Shown: positions 1 to 9,616 of the stretch, piece after piece | How the letters are laid out: each line of letters starts with the position of its first letter | Numbering within the stretch: position 1 is the first letter of the stretch | From: a bacterium | GTDB taxonomy: Bacteria > Hinthialibacterota > Hinthialibacteria > Hinthialibacterales > Hinthialibacteraceae | Length of the DNA stretch: 28,298 nucleotides | Reading direction: 5' to 3' | Assembly: GCA_963663405.2 (NCBI GenBank) | Contig: CAXXSM010000077.1 | Span: 1 to 28,298 of the forward strand | Notes under the pieces: generated by a model | Seen by the model: only the letters and a program-made list of their open reading frames with translations | What the model was told of the DNA's origin: nothing | Databases searched by the model: none | Program-made: the position numbers and the translations under genes

Positions 1-267
1 TTTTTTTACAATTCCTACAAAAAAAATATATGATTAACGATTCTCAGAATTAGTATCAACAATGTGGGAAAATACAAAAAGTTAAATTAAGGCTAGTCTT
101 TGAGGAAAAATACTGGCACAATAACTGAAATCAAATACTTCCAGCATGGATTGGATACTTTGCAACTATATAAGATCACGCGAGTTTCCTATTCTCATAG
201 ATGGATAATATCAATAATATTAATTGGAAAAGATTGTTTATTGCTATACTATCTGACGAGGTAACTG

Positions 268-1392
268 ATGAATATTTACATTATACTATCTATTTTAATC
301 GTTCTACTTGGTTCGTTGATTGGTCTGTTGTTATTTTATCCATTGTCAATCCTTATACAGACTGTTAAGACTGCTTTGTCGTTAACTAACCAAAAGTTTC
401 GTTGTATATTGGATAAGAATAAACCCACAACTCCGCAAGATTTGATATCTTTTTTTGTTTACCTTTCAAAGAAAGCATGGCGCGAGGGTGTTCTTTCTTT
501 AGAAGAAGATGATGGCATCTTTCGGTTATATGATCAATATACGTATAATGGTTTAATCCTTTCAATTGATGGTATAGATCCGAAAATAATTGAAGATGTG
601 TTATCTAGCAAACTTTTCTCTAATCAAACCCAACAACGGAAAATAGATGCAGTTTTTCAACATACTACTATTCTATTGAACATTATGGGGGTTTTGGCGT
701 TTTTTATATCGACAATTTTGATATTTCAATTTGAACCAGAGACAATTACATTTAAATCTAACTTGACATTGGTATTAATCGGGCCGTTGTTGGGATTGTT
801 ACTTACGTTCTTTGTTATTTATCCCATTCGGAATCGATTGCAATGCCGAATGGATATAGAAACGTTGTTTAAGATCATTTCAAAAGATGCGATTTTGTTA
901 ATCCAAACTGGTTATAATCCAAGAATTTTAGAACAAAAACTTATGAGCTACATTAATGAAGATGATGTTACTGCCTTCGAAAAAGTAAAAAATGAGCGTA
1001 GATCTGAAATTGAACAAAGAACTGAAATCTCAAAAAACTCATGCACTGAACCTGGAGAAATCGAAAATTATAGTATTGAACCCAAAAATAGTAAGGATTT
1101 GGATGAATTTCGAATTCAACCGGCAAGAGAATTAAAATTTGAAGATCTAGCAAGATTGGATGGACGCGCACTTCAGATCATTTTTAAATATGTTGATTAT
1201 AATGACCTTGCTATTGCAATCAGATCAATGTCAGAAGTGTTTCGGAATAAAATTTTTAACAATGTATCAACCCTTAGAGCTGAAATGATGAAAGAAGAGG
1301 AAGAAAAAATGGGAAATATAGATTATGATTCGATTCAGTATTCACAATCAAAGATCCTTTATTGTTGTAAGAATGTTGGAAGAAAGGGGTGA
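268..1392 (+). CDS. MotA/PomA-like stator domain fused to a FliG C-terminal domain
   Basis: N-terminal part has MotA hallmarks (KKAWREGVLSLEE, NGLILSIDGIDPKIIEDVL, AILLIQTGYNPRILEQKL, hydrophobic segments). The last ~85 aa match the FliG_C pattern (FEDLARLDGRALQIIFKYVD..LAIAIRSMS..RNKIFNNVS..RAEMMKEEEEKMG). Confidence 0.8.
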   Translation: MNIYIILSILIVLLGSLIGLLLFYPLSILIQTVKTALSLTNQKFRCILDKNKPTTPQDLISFFVYLSKKAWREGVLSLEEDDGIFRLYDQYTYNGLILSIDGIDPKIIEDVLSSKLFSNQTQQRKIDAVFQHTTILLNIMGVLAFFISTILIFQFEPETITFKSNLTLVLIGPLLGLLLTFFVIYPIRNRLQCRMDIETLFKIISKDAILLIQTGYNPRILEQKLMSYINEDDVTAFEKVKNERRSEIEQRTEISKNSCTEPGEIENYSIEPKNSKDLDEFRIQPARELKFEDLARLDGRALQIIFKYVDYNDLAIAIRSMSEVFRNKIFNNVSTLRAEMMKEEEEKMGNIDYDSIQYSQSKILYCCKNVGRKG

Positions 1393-1531
1393 AATCATAA
1401 TTGATTTTACTTTATAGACCATAATTGGACACCTTGAAGTTGTTAAGACAAAATGAGACCAGTCGTTTAGTTTATAGCATGTAACTCATCAACCCCTAAT
1501 AGATGGATTACTTGCTCATTTTGAGGCAGGA

Positions 1532-1942
1532 TTAATCATTCATTGGTTGAGTATTTTGATCAGAGTGTGATTGATTTGAATCTTCACACTGAGTCTGAGA
1601 AGGCGCATGTTCATGTTGATCACCCTTTTCTCCTTCCGACTGGTCCAATTGAATTGCCGTCATTCTCTTGAGTTTCTTTCCTGGCCGGAATTGGACCACT
1701 CTTCGTTCAGGCAGTTCGATCGATTCTCGAGTCCTTGGATGTAAGATTCGTCTTCTTTTACGATTTCTCGCATGGAAGGTTCCGAAGCCGACTAACAGAA
1801 CTCGATCACCTTTGACGATCGCTTCCGAAATTACATCAAAGATTTTACTCACTATTCTGCCTGACCGTTTCAATGTGAGATCATAACTCTCTGATATCTT
1901 CCGTGACAGGATGTATTTGTTTATGATTTTTTGTCTTTCCAT
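1532..1942 (-). CDS. HU/IHF-family DNA-binding protein with polar C-terminal tail
   Basis: GDRVLLVGFGTF..RNRKRR..HPRTRESIELPERRVVQFRPGKKLK is the HU/IHF signature. Start moved to ATG 1942 (MERQK) because the longer ORF overlaps the recombinase. Confidence 0.85.
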   Translation of the reverse strand: MERQKIINKYILSRKISESYDLTLKRSGRIVSKIFDVISEAIVKGDRVLLVGFGTFHARNRKRRRILHPRTRESIELPERRVVQFRPGKKLKRMTAIQLDQSEGEKGDQHEHAPSQTQCEDSNQSHSDQNTQPMND

Positions 1943-1967
1943 AAGGATAGAGAAATCGTACACCTTA

Positions 1968-2502
1968 TTAAAGTTTTCGTTTATTTTCACCGGAATGACG
2001 GGAGAGTAGATTATGATTTCGCTTCGATGTGCGCATCTGGACAGAGCGCCATAGGTTGGGATCAAGAAACGTATCATGACAGCCATGAATAGCGCCATCA
2101 ATGTAGAATGGATTCTTCAAGATGGATCCAACTGTAGAGCGTTTGACTCCTGTGCGTTGAGAAATAATCGAAAGCGACGATCCATTCGATGCGAGGGTGA
2201 ACACTTCCTTGATAATTACGCTTGCTTTTTCATCGATCACTATGCGATTATTTTCCATACGATAACCAAGCGGTGGACGGTTCATGAATTTACCGTTTTC
2301 GCGTGCTCGTAGCAAACCACGCTCTATACGCGCTCGTCTTAATTCATGCTCAAACTCCGAAAATACTGCCCGGACCTTGGAAAACGCTCTTTCGGACGGT
2401 GTCGTTCCAACTCGATCATTGATAAGGATGAGTTCAACGCCTTGCTGCATAAAATGTGTGTACAACCATCCGAAATGAAAAACATCGCGAGACAATCGAT
2501 CC
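1968..2502 (-). pseudogene. Serine recombinase (resolvase + recombinase domain), 5'-truncated
   Basis: DRLSRD, GVELILI, VFSEFEHELRRARIERGL..A..NGKF..RPPLGY and ILKNPFY motifs. The N-terminal Y-x-R-x-S catalytic motif is absent and replaced by an intron remnant. Confidence 0.8.
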
Positions 2503-2549
2503 GTCGCGGTAGGGACGCCGGTTTCCCGAAACCACCATCCGCACAGGTC
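2503..2549 (-). mobile_element. Group II intron 3'-end remnant (end of domain V plus domain VI)
   Basis: Minus strand reads GACCTGTGCGGATGGTGGTTTCGGGAAACCGGCGTCCCTACCGCGAC, close to a common intron terminus GATCTGTGCGGGGGGCGCCGGGTAACCGGCGTCCCTACCGCGAC (recalled, not searched). It ends in AC just before the DRLSR codons. Confidence 0.7.
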
Positions 2550-2792
2550 TGCTACCTCCGCTACCTCCCCCATGCCTTCAAACAACTAAAACGTTACATT
2601 CTAACAATGATTCTGGTCGAATCTAGAAATCGATGGGATTGACTCAGGAATTAAATAATCACTTAATATTCTTTATCTAATGTTGGCTCTGGAACAACAA
2701 AAATCGAATATCTTTGCATAGATTCTCTGATCCATTGATTGATAAGTAGACAATCACAGATTTAAAACTTTTAGATCATTATGAGTTATTAA

Positions 2793-5700
2793 ATGAAACT
2801 CCGGATCACCGATCAACATCGGACACACGTTGAAGAATTTCGTAAGAAACACCGGACAGCTCTTCTAGCGCTTCTTTTCACGGATATCGTCGGCTCTACA
2901 AAAATCAAGCAGCAATTAGGAGACAACCAAGGCGTGGCGTTGATAAAACAACATCACGACCTGGTTCGCATACTGCTTCGTGAGTTTCCAGAAGGTGAAG
3001 AGATTGACGTAGCGGGTGACTCCTTCTTCCTCGTATTCACCAAACCTTCTGACGCGGTGAAATTTTCTCTTCAGTTACAATCCAAACTACGAGCTTTCGT
3101 TCGAGAGATTCCTCACCCTGTGCTGGATCGAATCGGAATACATCTCGGAGAAGTGGTGGTTGAAGAACGGGAAGGATCGGCCCAAAAAAAAAGACTTACT
3201 AGGCATCCAAGTCGACACCTGTTCTCGTGTTATGTCGGTTGGTAAAGGGGATCAAATTTTGATGACCCGTTCAGTGTTCGATAACGCCCGACAAGTCTTG
3301 AAAGGAGAGGATATTGAAAATACAACCGAGTTAATGTGGATGAACCACGGACAATTCATGCTCAAAGGAGTTGAGGAACCCATTGAGATTTGTGAAGTCG
3401 GTGAGATTCATTCCGCCTATCTCACGCCTCCCTCTGATTCCGAGAAAGCGCGCAGATATATCTCAACAGACAGCGATCTCATCCTTGGTTGGCAACCGGC
3501 ATTAGAACAAAGTGTTCCAACGAGCACCGAGTGGGTTCTTGAAGAAAAACTCGGTGAGGGAGGGTTTGGAGAAGTTTGGAAAGCGCGTCATCGGCAATTG
3601 AACGAATGCCGTGTCTTCAAGTTTTGTTTCCGCGCAGACCGCGTGCGGACACTGAAACGGGAAGTCACTTTATTTCGCCTTCTTAAGGAGCGCGTTGGCG
3701 AGCATCCCAATATCGTTAAACTATACGATGTTTTTTTTTGACGAGCCACCTTATTATATCGTCACGGAGTACGTGGAAGGGAAGGATTTGAACTCGTGGT
3801 GTCAAGAACTTGGAGGAGTAGATAACGTACCCCAGGAAACTCGTCTAGAAATTGTGGCTCAAACCGCTGAAGCTCTGCAGGCGGCGCATGATGCGGGAGT
3901 GATCCATCGAGATGTGAAACCAGCCAATATTCTTATTCGGAGTGGTGGAAACATCGCCTGGGGACGTTCAAGTCAAACTTGCTGACTTTGGAATCAGTCA
4001 AGTCGTTTCCTCCGGACATGCTGGCGGGGCTCTCTCGCAGCGGTTTCACTCAAACCGTAATGATAGGGGAAAGCGCGTCTCGTTCCGGAACGCATATGTA
4101 TATGGCTCCTGAACTGATTGCCGGAAAATCGGCGTCGATTCGTTCGGACATCTATTCCCTGGGAGTAGTTTTGTATCAGCTTTTCATTGGTGATTTATCC
4201 AGCCCGATTGGGGCAGGATGGGAAGAGAAGATTTCTATTCCACTTCTCCGAGTGGATATTATGCAATGCTATGCAGGTGACCCCGATCGACGGTTCGCCA
4301 GCGCGCGGGAACTGTCGAGAAACCTGCGGTCAATGAAGAAGCGAGAGTATGAGTGGAACGAACGAGAGAAAGCGGAACGTCTCATTGCGCGCCGCCGGAA
4401 ACTGACCGCCTTATCGATCTTACTCGCAAGTATTCTCTTGCTTATTGCTATTGCGTTGGGATATGGTCTAAGACAAGCTGCGTTCGAACGAAATATCGCA
4501 ATTGAAGAGAGTCGAAAAGCCGTTCAAGCCAAAAATTTGGCCGAACAAGAGCAGTATTTCGCCAATTTCGCCCTTGCGTATTCTCACATCAAGGAGAATC
4601 GATTCGAACAAGCTCGTAAACTTCTCAAGGCCTGTCCGGAATGGTGTAGAAATTTGGAGTGGGGAAGAGCCCAATTATTATGCAATCAAGACGTATTCAC
4701 GTTACGAGGACATTCCGGAGATGTGTGGTCCGTCGCATTGAGCCCTGATGGAAAACTGGCCGCTACTGGGAGTACAGAGCAAGCGAAGATTTGGGATGCG
4801 ATAACAGGTCGGGAGCTTCTCACATTAGAAGTCCCATCCATACCCCTGGCAGTCTTTAGCCCATCTGGGGATTATCTAGCCGTAGGCAATACCGACAACA
4901 CTGTCACACTATTGAATGCGCAGACCGGCGATGAGCTGAGCGTCCTCAAAGGGCATACAGCGTCTATCGCATGTTTCGCTTTTAGTATGGATGGAGAACG
5001 TATCCTTACAGAAGCGATGGACGAAACCGGAAAAGTATGGGATGTAAAAACCGGTCACGCTCTATTTACTCTTAAAGGTTTGAGTGGACCGGTCTCTGCA
5101 GTAGCTTTTAGTCCAGATGGCAAGCGGATCGCGACGGAAAGTGGATGGAAAACAGCAAGTGTTTGGGATGTGGAGACCGGTAAGAAACTGCACACACTGG
5201 AAGGACACTCCGACGCCGTCACGTATATTTCATTCAGCCCCGACAGCAAGCGAATTCTTACCGCCAGCTTAGACCATACATCAAGAGTCTGGAACGTCGA
5301 AACGGGTGATTCCCTGCTTACTTTGAAAGGACATACTGGGGCTTTAGTTCATTCCACATTCAACTCGAGCGGCGATTATATTGTTTCCTCAAGCGTCCGC
5401 AATCAAGTGAGAATATGGGACGCAAATACGGGAGCCCAGCTTTTTACCCTTGACGCGATTGGTGGAGATCACGCCGTCTCATTCAGCCCTGATGGTAAAC
5501 GTATAGTAACCATAGGCATGGATAAGGAAGCGAATCTCTGGGATATACAAACCGGTTGTATGCTCGTTTCTCTCAAAGGCCATTCGGAGGGAGTCACTTC
5601 TGTCGCATTCGATCCTGACGGCAAGCGCGTCGTTACTGGAAGCAGGGATCATTCAGCGAGAATTTGGGATGCGGACACCGGCCGGGAACTGCATTGTTTT

Positions 5701-8607
5701 CATGGTCACTCTAATGATGTAACGTTTGTATCATTTAATCCCGATGGGAAATATGTGCTTTCAGGAAGCGCCGACGGAACCGGAATTGTCTGGGATGCGA
5801 AGACGGATCGAACGCTTTTTTCTCTACCCGAACTTGACAGCGAAAGCCCTAGGGATCCAGAGCATTTACGAGGGAATATTCATTTCGTCTCATTTACTCC
5901 GGATGGGGAACGGATTGTGACAGTAAGCTCTGATAAAATAATCCGTATCTGGAGTGTTAAAACTGGTGTAGAATTGATTCGGTTGAAGGGGCATACCGGT
6001 TTGAGATTAAGTGAGATTCCTCAAACGAATGAAAATCCTGTTGAGGATCTTCACTTCGTTCAACTTTCCCAGGATGGAAGACGCATTGCTGTAGAAAATC
6101 TCGATAGGATGATCACCGTATTCGACACAACGAATGGAAAACTAATTAATTCTTTTGAGGCGCCTCTCAGGACGGAACTATTCAAACTTAGTCAAGACGG
6201 AAATCGCATAGCCATTAAGAATCAGGATAACCAGATTTCGTTAAGAGAAGTAGAAAGTGGTAGGGAATTAATTACATTAGGAGAACACAAATCCGATATC
6301 AAATCCATAGCGATCCGCTCTGACAACCAACAAATCCTATTAGGCTGTCTTAATGGAACCGTGGAAATTTGGGATATAGAATTAGGTAAAAAACAGTTTG
6401 TACTCGAAGGCCATTCCGGCTGCGTCAAGCATGCCGTGTACACAGTAAACAATAAATATATCATTACCCAAAGTGATGAAACAATAGTATGGGATAGCGA
6501 TGGTCATAAAATAGCGCAATTAAACCATGAAAAAGAACAAGAATCTTTGATAACCTTGTCTCCGGACGGCAAGCGTTTAGCCCTTTGTCAATCGGATAAT
6601 ACTGTGCAGATATTGGATACGAAACTAGGGCAAGAAATTATGTCGCTCAAGGGACATTCTGACGTTGTGATTCACTGCGCTTTCAGTCAAGACGGGAAAC
6701 ATATTCTCACCGGTTCTTCTGATGGAACAGCGAAATTATGGTTGCTAGAAAACGATAAAACAGAGGCTTCGCGCGCGGGAGAAAATACGTTTATATCTTG
6801 TGCTTTCAGTCGGGATGGCAGGCAATACCTAATCGGATGGAATGACAATACCGCGAGACTAATGGATACTAAACGCGGTGAAGAAATCCTGCGTTTAGAA
6901 GGCCACAATCCGAATGTGAACTGTGTTGCGTATAGCCCTGACGGCAAACGTATTGTCACAGGAGCTTTTCAACCCGCGGGAATGCAAATGTGGGAGGGGG
7001 AGACAGGAATAGAATTAACATGGTTTCATAAGCAATGTGACATTCGAACTATCGCTTTTAGCCGGGATGGAAAACATATCGTAACGGGAGGATTAGACTA
7101 TACAATATGGGACTCACACAACGGGCAGAAACTACAGACGATTGAAGGCATCGAATTCGGGAGGAAACCCGTCGCGCTCAGCCCAACAGGGAATCAATTG
7201 GTCACCGCGTTTGGAGACCATGCGGCGAAAGTGTGGGATGTGGAAACCGCTGTCGAACGATTTCATCTTAACGAACACTCATCAAGCGTTTGTTCTGTCT
7301 CTTACAGCCCGGATGGCGGTAAAATCATCACTTCATGTGTAGGCAATACGGCGAAAGTATGGGATGCGAAAACCGGCGAAGAATTAACTCATTTAACACT
7401 CTGGGATGAACATCCTATTCAACTATGTTCTATCGTCGCGTTTCGACCGGATGGGAAACGTTTTGCGACCAGCTGCGGCGCCGTTGTGAAAGTATGGGAT
7501 ACAGAAAATTACCAAGAGATTTTTTCGTTTGACACCCATTCTTCGTTAATCATGTGTCTTGCCTTTAGTCCTAATGGTAAACAGATTGCCACGGGATCCT
7601 TTATTGGTCCGGCGAAGATCTGGAATGCGGAAAGCGGAGATCTCTTGCTTAGGCTTGGTGACGAGAAAGCGAAAGTAAACTGTATTGCTTATAGCCCGGA
7701 TGGAAGTCGGATTATTGTGGGTGGGAAGATCTGGGATATAGAGACCGGGCAAGAAATATATACATTAAAGGTTTCGTCTGGCAGAATCAACGCCGTCGCG
7801 CTCAGTCCCGACGGAAAGCGAATCGCTACGGGAAGCGATGACAAAACCGTTAAAATTTGGGATACGCAAACTGGACATGCGCTCTTTTCGCTAAAAGGAT
7901 ATGAAAAACGTGTCGGATCCATCCATTTCAGCCCGGACGGCAAACACATCCTTACCGTGGAGGAGAACGGCCATACCGCAACGATTTGGAATATGGAAAA
8001 AGGTAATGCAATCCATACCTTGAAAGGACACAACAACGTTGTCTGGTCAGCGGTGTATAATTATGATGGTAGTAAAGCCACTACTGCGAGCAGTGATGGA
8101 ACAGTAAAGGTTTGGGACGCGATAACCGGTGAAGAATTATTCACTCTCGATAAACATAAGGATATTGTCAAGCATGTTCTCTTCAGTCCTAACGGCGATA
8201 GAATTCTAACAGGAAGCCGAGACTCGACGGCGAAAATATGGGATACTGAGAGTGGTCAAGAATTACACACATTAGTCGGCCATACACATGGAGATGTATA
8301 CCTGACGGCATTCAGTCCTGATGGGAAACGAATCATCACGATAGGCGACGACCATGTAGCCAAAGTGTGGGATACGATCACTGGACGTGAACTCATGTCT
8401 TTCCCAGTCACCCCTCTCAGCGCGATCACCTTCAGCCAAGATGGTCAGAGAATCCTTGCGGTCGATAAGAAGGGGCGATTCATCGAATGGGATACATTTC
8501 CATTGCATGAGCAAGATTATCCCGGCGATTCCAGCGTTCTCTTTACAGATCGAGTAGAACTCTACAAACAGGTGTATTGGAAAAAACATCATTTTCAAGG
8601 AGAATAG
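2793..8607 (+). CDS. Class III nucleotide cyclase - Hanks Ser/Thr kinase - TM - WD40 repeat protein (4 frameshifts; pseudogene or sequencing errors)
   Basis: Cyclase motifs FTDIVGST, GDSF, RIGIHLGEV. Kinase motifs LGEGGFGEVW, HRDVKPANIL, KLADFG (in a frame missing from the ORF track, ~3975-3992), GTHMYMAPE, SDIYSLGVV. TM LTALSILLASILLLIAIALGYGL, then WD40 repeats. Frames are joined by an extra base at A9 3184-3192, T9 3731-3739, ~3950-3963 and ~4005-4012. Confidence 0.88.
4690..8493 (+). repeat. Roughly 28-30 WD40 repeats (about four beta-propellers)
   Basis: Recurrent LxGH...V..vaFSPDGkri.tgS.D.takiWD units of ~42 aa; count estimated from length. Confidence 0.9.
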
Positions 8608-8650
8608 AAAACCAATATTGTTTGCAGTTGAGACGGAAAGCAGGGGAAAA

Positions 8651-8829
8651 ATGAATATAAGGACTCGTGTTTTCATCTTTATTCCCTGCCTTTGTATCTC
8701 TGCACTTGTTATCTTTTTCGGTTGTCAAAGATCTGATTTGAGATCGAGACAATTCAACTTGTTAATTCAGACTGCTATTGGTGGTGATATAGATTATCAA
8801 AAGAGGTTTTTAGACAATCTTACCTATAA
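8651..8829 (+). pseudogene. 5' half of putative lipoprotein gene disrupted by IS1380
   Basis: Signal/lipobox-like MNIRTRVFIFIPCLCISALVIFFGC. Ends ...DNLTY at TSD TATAA and continues in frame at 17053. Confidence 0.8.
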
Positions 8830-8933
8830 CCTAAGCTGAGCGATTATGTGTGAATAATACTGATAAAAAACTGCGTAACGCTTTGATTTCTCATACGTTA
8901 TACATATATGGCATTCATAATTTAATCTAACCT

Positions 8934-9379
8934 CAGACCTCACTAAAACAGCCATTTTAGCCCCAAAATAATCGCAAATAAGATTCCCACTTTCTGAGGG
9001 AATTTGCTGTCAGCCTACTCCCCTCTACAATCCAGTAATTCAATAAATAAAAAAACAGAGAGGGACTCATCATTTCTCCTTTATCACATTCCGATTATTT
9101 ACAAAAGATTTTAGGCACGGACAAGAGAAATCCGGTGTTTACGATTTTCTGCGATGAAGAGGAAGACCAGTTGCATGTCTATTACGGCGCGGATCTATTA
9201 GAAATTGTACCGGACGATCGAGAGCATATCGACAGACCTCACTAAAACAGCCATTTTTACCCCAAAATAATCGCAAATAAGATTCCCACTTTCCGAGGGA
9301 ATTTGCTGTCAGCCTACTCCCCTCTACAATCCAGTAATTCAATAAATAAAAAAACAGAGAGGGACTCATCATTTCTCCT
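8934..9379 (+). repeat. Tandem duplication of the IS left end (299-bp unit)
   Basis: 8934-9080 recurs at 9233-9379 with a few differences (TTTTAGCCCC vs TTTTTACCCC; TTTCTGAG vs TTTCCGAG). 9081-9232 recurs at 13125-13276. Confidence 0.95.
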
Positions 9380-9387
9380 ATGATAAG

Positions 9388-9393
9388 TGTCTA
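9388..9393 (-). promoter_or_regulatory. -35 box (TAGACA) of predicted IS110 circle-junction promoter; -10 TATGAA at 13110-13115
   Basis: Joining the ends through one core gives TAGACA-17 bp-TATGAA with TGG before the -10. Junction promoters are established for IS110. Confidence 0.6.
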
Positions 9394-9616
9394 CTCCACA
9401 AAATGAAAATTTTCATTTTTTATGGATGTATGTATTTCTTGCACAGATGAGATCGGGAATTCTTTTCATAAATATGCAGTTATGAAAAACAGAATGTCCA
9501 CTTTTCTCATCTCTATTTCTTTAGTTTCTTGCTCATCTTCCGATAGTAATTCTTACCAGGGAAAGCGGAGACAGGCTCTGCTGGAGAGCAACCTGTCAAG
9601 GAATACCCTGATGCGT

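Noticed and set aside
268-1392. ZorA-type phage defence motor
   Set aside because: No ZorB/OmpA partner and no long ZorA tail; the C-terminus is FliG-like.
1393-1531. Possible element end or att site between the MotA-FliG and HU genes
   Set aside because: A composition shift exists, but I found no partner repeat or TSD.
1943-2101. N-terminal extension of the HU ORF
   Set aside because: Overlaps the recombinase 3' end in another frame and lies outside the HU fold.
8934-9379. Repeats as a CRISPR array or DGR repeats
   Set aside because: Only two long copies, identical in content to an IS left end; no spacers and no adenine-specific variation pattern.
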